From Vicugna vicugna (taxonomy: Eukaryota): a DNA stretch of 64,000 bases. Shown here piece after piece: positions 60,501-64,000 of the stretch (within the stretch, counting starts at the first letter, position 1; each line of letters starts with the position of its first letter). The position numbers were made by a program, and so were the translations under genes. The notes under the pieces are model-generated. The model saw only the letters and a program-made list of their open reading frames with translations. It was not told the DNA's origin and made no database searches. The stretch is taken from the NCBI GenBank assembly GCA_013265495.1, contig MU058451.1, positions 2,084,167 through 2,148,166 on the forward strand. The letters are read 5' to 3'.

Positions 60501-62224
60501 TGCAGTCATCCACCAGTGGACACTTGGGTTGCTTCCACCTTTTGGCTATTATGTTTTAATACTGCTATCAACAGGGTATACAAATTTCAAGTCTCTCCTT
60601 TCAGTTCTTTTGGATATATACCCATGAGTAGAATTGTTGGGTCACATGGTACTTTTATTTTTAATTTTTGAAGAACCACCATACTATTTTCCATAGCAGC
60701 CACACTTTTTCATTCCTACCAAGCATGATTAGAATTCCAGTTTCTCCAACACCTATTATTTTGTTTTTTTGATGGTGGACATCCTAATGAGTTTGAAGTA
60801 GTGTCTCCTGGTGGTTTTGATTTGCATATTCCTAATGATTAGTGATGATGAGCATCTTTTCATGTGCTTATTGGCCATTTGTATATCTTTTTTTGAGAAT
60901 TATTCAAATCCTTTGCTTATATTTATTTGTAGTAAAACATAACATGAAATTTATCATATTAATCACTTTTAAGTGTATGATTCACTAGCATTAAATGCAT
61001 TCTCATTGTTACGCAGCAGAACTTTTTCACCTTGCAAAACTGAAACACTGTAATCATTAAACAGCTCCCCATTTCCCTCTCCTCTCATTCCCTGGCAACC
61101 ACTCTTCTACATCCTGTTTCTGTGAGTTTGACTACTCTAGATATCGAATGTAAATGAAATCATACAGTATGTGCCTTTTTGTTACTAATGATGAGTGGAT
61201 TTTTAAAGAAAATGTGGAAGGCAGCTGGGGAAGTTCATCAAAGTTCAGATGCAGTAAATAATCACTCAGATGACACTGGTCCTTCAGCATGTCCGCAGGA
61301 GGAGAAGTTTGACACCTATAGCAAGTGCCAAGTGTCAGTGTTTTTTTTCCGTGTGAAGTACTGAATTGTGTTTTTAAAAATGTTCAGTCATTTTTTTTCA
61401 AAAATAAAATAGTGTATTTTTAATTTGTGTTAGTTGTGTTTTCAGAAATCTTACTTTAGAGATTTTGAGTTTTATGTGTGTGTATACTTTACCCAACAAA
61501 GAACAGGATTTCACTGATTTCGTTAGAGAACTATTAAATATTCATACGTTCTATTTAGAGAAAAATAATCTATTAGCAATTATAGAGAAGTATCTTTCTT
61601 AAGAAACAGTGTGGGTTTAAAGTCAGACAAATTGGGTTTGTATGTAGCTGTCTGATCTGGGGCCACTGAGCCAGTGTGTTCATGTGAAATGAACAGTAAT
61701 GTAGAAGGACCCTTGAAAGTCTCACCACAAAAAATACAAGATCTTACAGAAACCTAAGATATGTTTGCTGGATTTCTTCTACTCTTAAGAGATTATAAAA
61801 TTATTTTGATAAAAAACAGTTGAATTTCTAGTAGATACATGTTCTTTAAAGAATTGCTTCTGTGAATAACTTCTACTTTTTTATCTACTTTTGACAGTAA
61901 CTTGATTTATTGTGGTAATCATTTCACAACATACATGAATACTGGATCATTATGTTGTACACCTGAAACTAATAAAATGTTATATATCATTTATACTTCA
62001 ATTAAAAAGAATTGCTTCTGTGAATAACTTCTACTTTTTATCAAAAGGTATGGCTTTGGGAAGAAGACAAAAATCTGAGATCTGGTGTGAGGAAATACGG
62101 AGAAGGAAATTGGTCTAAAATACTGTCCCATTATAAATTCAACAACCGAACAAGCGTCATGTTGAAAGACAGATGGAGGACCATGAAGAAGCTAAAACTC
62201 ATCTGCTCCGACAGTGAAGACTGA
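33091..62224 (+). CDS. TERF1: TERF1/TRF1, spliced CDS in 10 exons, 435 aa (acidic N-terminus, TRFH dimerisation domain, linker, C-terminal Myb/telobox)
   Basis: Manual splicing gives 307+96+122+87+150+110+60+89+110+177 = 1308 nt, an open frame from [13 protein letters not shown] to [11 protein letters not shown]. It is colinear with human TRF1, and all junctions are GT-AG with consistent phases. Confidence 0.98.
34305..35583 (+). mobile_element. L1MC/MD-type 3' end with nested Tigger1-derived element (34606-34802)
   Basis: aatcatgagaaaaacttcagacaaa...aaaactgtcaaggtcat. The nested element has cagttgaccctt...gtcaacag ends and a TA TSD. Confidence 0.75.
35758..35790 (-). mobile_element. Ultra-short L1 3' terminus
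   Basis: aattgaagtatagttgatttaca flanked by TSD attccattttt (35747, 35791). Confidence 0.7.
35880..36410 (+). mobile_element. MIR interrupted by MER20 (about 36075-36318, minus strand)
   Basis: MIR core tttccatctgtaaaatgatagtaataat; MER20 end ggggacaaatcacccccagttgaaaactactg. Confidence 0.7.
37252..37405 (-). mobile_element. Vic-1-like SINE
   Basis: tRNA-like body; 16-bp TSD gaaagtatgt(a/g)gtttt at 37236 and 37406. Confidence 0.9.
37665..37760 (+). CDS. TERF1: TERF1 exon 2 (96 nt)
   Basis: ttttcactttcag| (A)[31 protein letters not shown] |gtaaat. Confidence 0.97.
37771..37940 (-). mobile_element. Truncated L1 3' end inserted 10 nt into intron 2
   Basis: Poly-T then aattgaagaatagtcagtttacaatgttgtg...atagttccctgtgctatacagtaggaccttg; TSD ggtaaatatgt. 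Confidence 0.88.
39016..39320 (+). mobile_element. MER33 hAT-Charlie fossil
   Basis: ctgcctaatagaaatatag...gtgtattttacactta...gctagtggctacc. Confidence 0.75.
39231..39699 (+). repeat. Left arm of long inverted repeat (TERF1 intron 2)
   Basis: Reverse complement aligns with 43032-43428 with no substitutions and five indels. Confidence 0.97.
39980..40232 (+). mobile_element. L2 3' end
   Basis: ttgttttattcactgaggtatcc...cacatagtgaatgcttaatacttgttgaatgaatg. Confidence 0.65.
41085..41206 (+). CDS. TERF1: TERF1 exon 3 (122 nt)
   Basis: ttttgaaag| (D)[40 protein letters not shown] |gtatga. Confidence 0.97.
41970..42140 (-). mobile_element. MIR SINE
   Basis: ctgttctaagcacttt...gaaactgaggcaccaagaggttaaatagcttgcccagg. 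Confidence 0.8.
42666..42752 (+). CDS. TERF1: TERF1 exon 4 (87 nt)
   Basis: tcttttag| [29 protein letters not shown] |gtaatt. Confidence 0.97.
42871..43030 (+). mobile_element. MER33 5' half, truncated at the inverted-repeat arm
   Basis: ctgtccaatagaaataaaatgccagtcacatatgtgattttaaattttctaggagccacattaaaa. Confidence 0.75.
43032..43428 (-). repeat. Right arm of long inverted repeat (TERF1 intron 4)
   Basis: Inverted copy of 39231-39699; more diverged similarity continues to ~43515. Confidence 0.97.
43532..43618 (-). repeat. Inverted 87-bp copy of TERF1 upstream sequence 32793-32879
   Basis: Ungapped manual alignment, 74/87 identical. Confidence 0.9.
43626..43944 (+). mobile_element. MER2-like TcMar-Tigger fossil
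   Basis: ggatgctcaagttccttatatgaaatggtatagtatttgcatataacct; TA TSD on both sides. Confidence 0.85.
44018..44167 (+). CDS. TERF1: TERF1 exon 5 (150 nt)
   Basis: ttttccttag| [50 protein letters not shown] |gtatgc. Confidence 0.97.
44865..44974 (+). CDS. TERF1: TERF1 exon 6 (110 nt)
   Basis: ctttttaag| [36 protein letters not shown] |gtttgt. Confidence 0.96.
45494..45630 (+). mobile_element. Vic-1-like SINE
   Basis: ggttcaatccccagtacctccattaaaaataaataaataaaccgaattacctccccc; TSD attatttctt at 45484 and 45631. Confidence 0.9.
46300..47120 (+). mobile_element. L2 fragment (degenerate)
   Basis: cattcaaggtccagctcagagatcacctc, ctagattgagaattctttgaagg. Confidence 0.5.
47997..48056 (+). CDS. TERF1: TERF1 exon 7 (60-nt cassette; equivalent to the exon skipped in the human PIN2 isoform)
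   Basis: cttcttttaaag| (S)[19 protein letters not shown](R) |gtgaag; symmetric phase 2-2. Confidence 0.93.
49558..49646 (+). CDS. TERF1: TERF1 exon 8 (89 nt)
   Basis: ttcatttag| (R)[29 protein letters not shown] |gtaagt. Confidence 0.95.
49940..50552 (-). mobile_element. MER82 TcMar-Tigger fossil
   Basis: ttcattaacattgaactcatggccaac...gtaggtgaatttgcaaatac...aataatgaggattgactg+TA. Confidence 0.8.
53050..53358. mobile_element. Tigger1-ended non-autonomous element, nested in an old minus-strand L1 (about 52590-53440)
   Basis: gggggttgggggcaccggcccct left end and aacccatgttacttaagggtcaact right end. Confidence 0.6.
53651..53794 (-). pseudogene. RPL31: 5'-truncated processed pseudogene fragment of ribosomal protein L31 (RPL31)
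   Basis: Minus strand reads [20 protein letters not shown] / TVNMDEN (frameshifted) versus the RPL31 C-terminus [28 protein letters not shown]. A 3' UTR remnant and A tail follow; TSD-like tttcta(c)tttta on both sides. Confidence 0.88.
53810..53919 (+). CDS. TERF1: TERF1 exon 9 (110 nt)
   Basis: ttctacttttag| (S)[36 protein letters not shown] |gtattt. Confidence 0.95.
54760..56450 (-). mobile_element. Old L1 (L1MC/MD-type) 5'/ORF1 region
   Basis: tttggaaaattttcagccat, cttcaagctcactga, gttgactttcagttcgttcag...cttccaagctct. Confidence 0.65.
55116..55310 (-). mobile_element. Vic-1-like SINE nested in L1
   Basis: gaggtaccagcaattgaacccag...tgctaagcatgc...cacttgagctataccctccc; TSD cttt(t/c)gattcttt. 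Confidence 0.85.
59113..59294 (+). mobile_element. MER58-family hAT fossil
   Basis: ttctataaagggccaggcagtgaatattttaggctttgtggg. Confidence 0.75.
60112..61180 (-). mobile_element. Two L1MB-like 3' fragments in tandem
   Basis: accaccattctactttctgtctctgaatttg, ttttgatttgcatattcctaatgattagtgatgatgagcatcttttcatgtgcttattggccatttgtatatc; a second 3' end starts at ~60920. Confidence 0.8.
61886..62005 (+). mobile_element. Truncated L1 (L1MA8/9-like) 3' end at the last acceptor, with a 37-38-bp flanking duplication
   Basis: ttattgtggtaatcatttcaca...tgttgtacacctgaaactaat; direct repeats at 61848-61885 and 62006-62042. Confidence 0.88.
62048..62224 (+). CDS. TERF1: TERF1 exon 10 coding part (Myb/telobox DNA-binding domain, stop)
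   Basis: tttttatcaaaag| [61 protein letters not shown]. Confidence 0.98.
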   Translation, partial: VWLWEEDKNLRSGVRKYGEGNWSKILSHYKFNNRTSVMLKDRWRTMKKLKLICSDSED

Positions 62225-63300
62225 GTGTGCTTGCATAGCTTGATGAAATGACAGTTAAATATTTTGATCACTGCATTTTATTTGAAACTCGGTGGTCATT
62301 AATCTAACTTAAAATTTTGTTTAAAGCATTACAGTATTTTTCTCGACACAGTCATTTAATAAGAGGATTTGTGCTGCAAGAGTAAGATTGTATGCCATCA
62401 TTGTATTCCTTAAGAGTCTTTTTACTTTGGTAAAAAATAAATTTGTTGAGCCCTGATATTTTCAATACTCCTACTTCCAGACCTGTTCCAGTAAAAAGAA
62501 AAAAAGGAAACTTTGTAGGAGAAGTGTATTGCTTTTAACCCCTTTGTGTCTGTAGGCTGACTTCAACTCTGTAACACACATAAAAGTGAGATATCTGAAT
62601 CAGTGAATAATAATTAGGCCTTTGCCACAAGGGATAATGAATTGATTTATGGCCTTAATATTTAATTACTAAGACATTTGTTTATAGAATGATAAATGGG
62701 CAGAGTAATCTGAGTTATTACATATTTAAATTTTCCTTTTAGTAGTTTCATATAAAGGGAAAAAACTTGAGAACAATACCCATAGGACAAGGTTTATAAT
62801 ATTACTGAGAATAGCTTAGGTCTCATTTAGGTACATTTGCTTTTTGTTTTAGTTGAAACTTTGACAAAGATGGTTGTAAGTAAAGCTTACTAACACAGCA
62901 TTATAAATCAACTGTACTTGCAATAAAAAAAGTTTTTTAAATAAAGCTTTTTTATAACCTGATGCCGTAAGTATAAGTATCAGTTCCTCTGATATTTTCA
63001 TTTAATAGATCAATATTAGGCCTAAACAGTATTCTGTAAATGCTTAAATTGGTTTTAACCGTGATCATTTTGATGTCTATGATAAATACTTAACAAGGTC
63101 ATACATACCTTATTAGACGGTTTTGAGTTTTCACCAACATCTTTAGAGGATTTAGTAAAACACTAGAATTATTTAGCATTTTGAGTTATGTGTGCTTTAT
63201 TTAACAAGTGAGTGAAAATACTTGAGCATCTGCATAAAAAGTTAAATGGTAGTATTTTGCAATCTGTATTTCTTATTAAAGTTTTATACATTACTTTCTC
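62225..63300 (+). other. TERF1: TERF1 3' UTR with candidate poly(A) signals
   Basis: AT-rich sequence after the stop. AATAAA at 62436, 62922 and 62940; ATTAAA at 63275 followed by a GT-rich tract. The true end is uncertain. Confidence 0.6.
62889..62941 (+). mobile_element. Ultra-short L1 3' terminus in the TERF1 3' UTR
   Basis: actaacacagcattataaatcaactgtacttgcaataaaaaaa flanked by TSD taaagctt. Confidence 0.7.
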
Positions 63301-64000
63301 ATTGTCCCTGAATATGTTGTCTTACACATACAGTAAACAGAAATGTGGATAATTACTCTGTGCTTCTTGAGTCAGTCTGTCCTGTTACACCACTGGTTAG
63401 TCACTGTGTTTATTGCAGACACTTTGATGGTGAATGCTAGAGCTGATGGCATGAGCCAAAATAGACCAGTAAGTCAGTCTCATTCCAAACATACCATAAA
63501 TCATCAAATCTAAGTTGATACTAATGTAAGATACTCACTTATTTTATGTGCCACTAAAAAAAATCACTATCAATTATACTTCTTATTTAGAATTCTGTTT
63601 TACCTTTAAGAGAGCTATTACAGATAGAAGCATAGATTTTTACTGTATAACTTTTTTATCGGATGCATGAAAAGGAAAAGCAGGATAAACTGGGGAATGT
63701 ATTCCTAAAACTTCATCTTAAGTCTGACTCTTGAATTTCTTAATTGAAAATTTTGAGATAACTGGATTCATATGTAGTTGTGAGAAATAATAGTTCCCTT
63801 GTACACTTGTTCCAGCTTCCCCCAATGTCATGTGTTTAAAAAACTGCATTACCACCATTAGGATACTGGTACTGATTTCCCCATTCTTGCACATTGTGTG
63901 TGCAGTGTTGCGAGTATTTCATTGTGAGCATAGCACTTGTGTGGGTTCATGTGTCTGCCACAGGCAAGATACTGAACACTCCAACACCGTGAGGATCCTT

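Overview
This is mammalian genomic DNA, very probably from a camelid (five copies of a Vic-1-like tRNA-derived SINE). It contains one protein-coding gene, TERF1 (telomeric repeat-binding factor 1, TRF1), complete on the + strand. The gene has a CpG-island promoter at ~32.9 kb, ten coding exons from ATG 33091 to TGA 62224 (1308 nt, 435 aa, all introns GT-AG and in phase), and a 3' UTR to about 63.3 kb. The first ~9.9 kb is AT-rich and nearly free of repeats; by human synteny it may be the distal 3' end of KCNB2 (inference). The 10-32 kb interval is intergenic and rich in LTRs, MIR, L1, L2 and DNA-transposon fossils. The most unusual signals are inside TERF1. (1) A ~390-bp inverted repeat with no substitutions but five indels brackets exons 3-4. 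(2) An 87-bp inverted copy of the TERF1 upstream promoter region sits next to it in intron 4. (3) Three separate retrotranspositions duplicated TERF1 splice signals: the exon 2 donor, the exon 9 acceptor (an RPL31 retrocopy) and the exon 10 acceptor. The last creates a candidate alternative acceptor that would encode TRF1 without its Myb domain. Repeat-family names and human TRF1 comparisons are from memory of consensus sequences, not from a database search.
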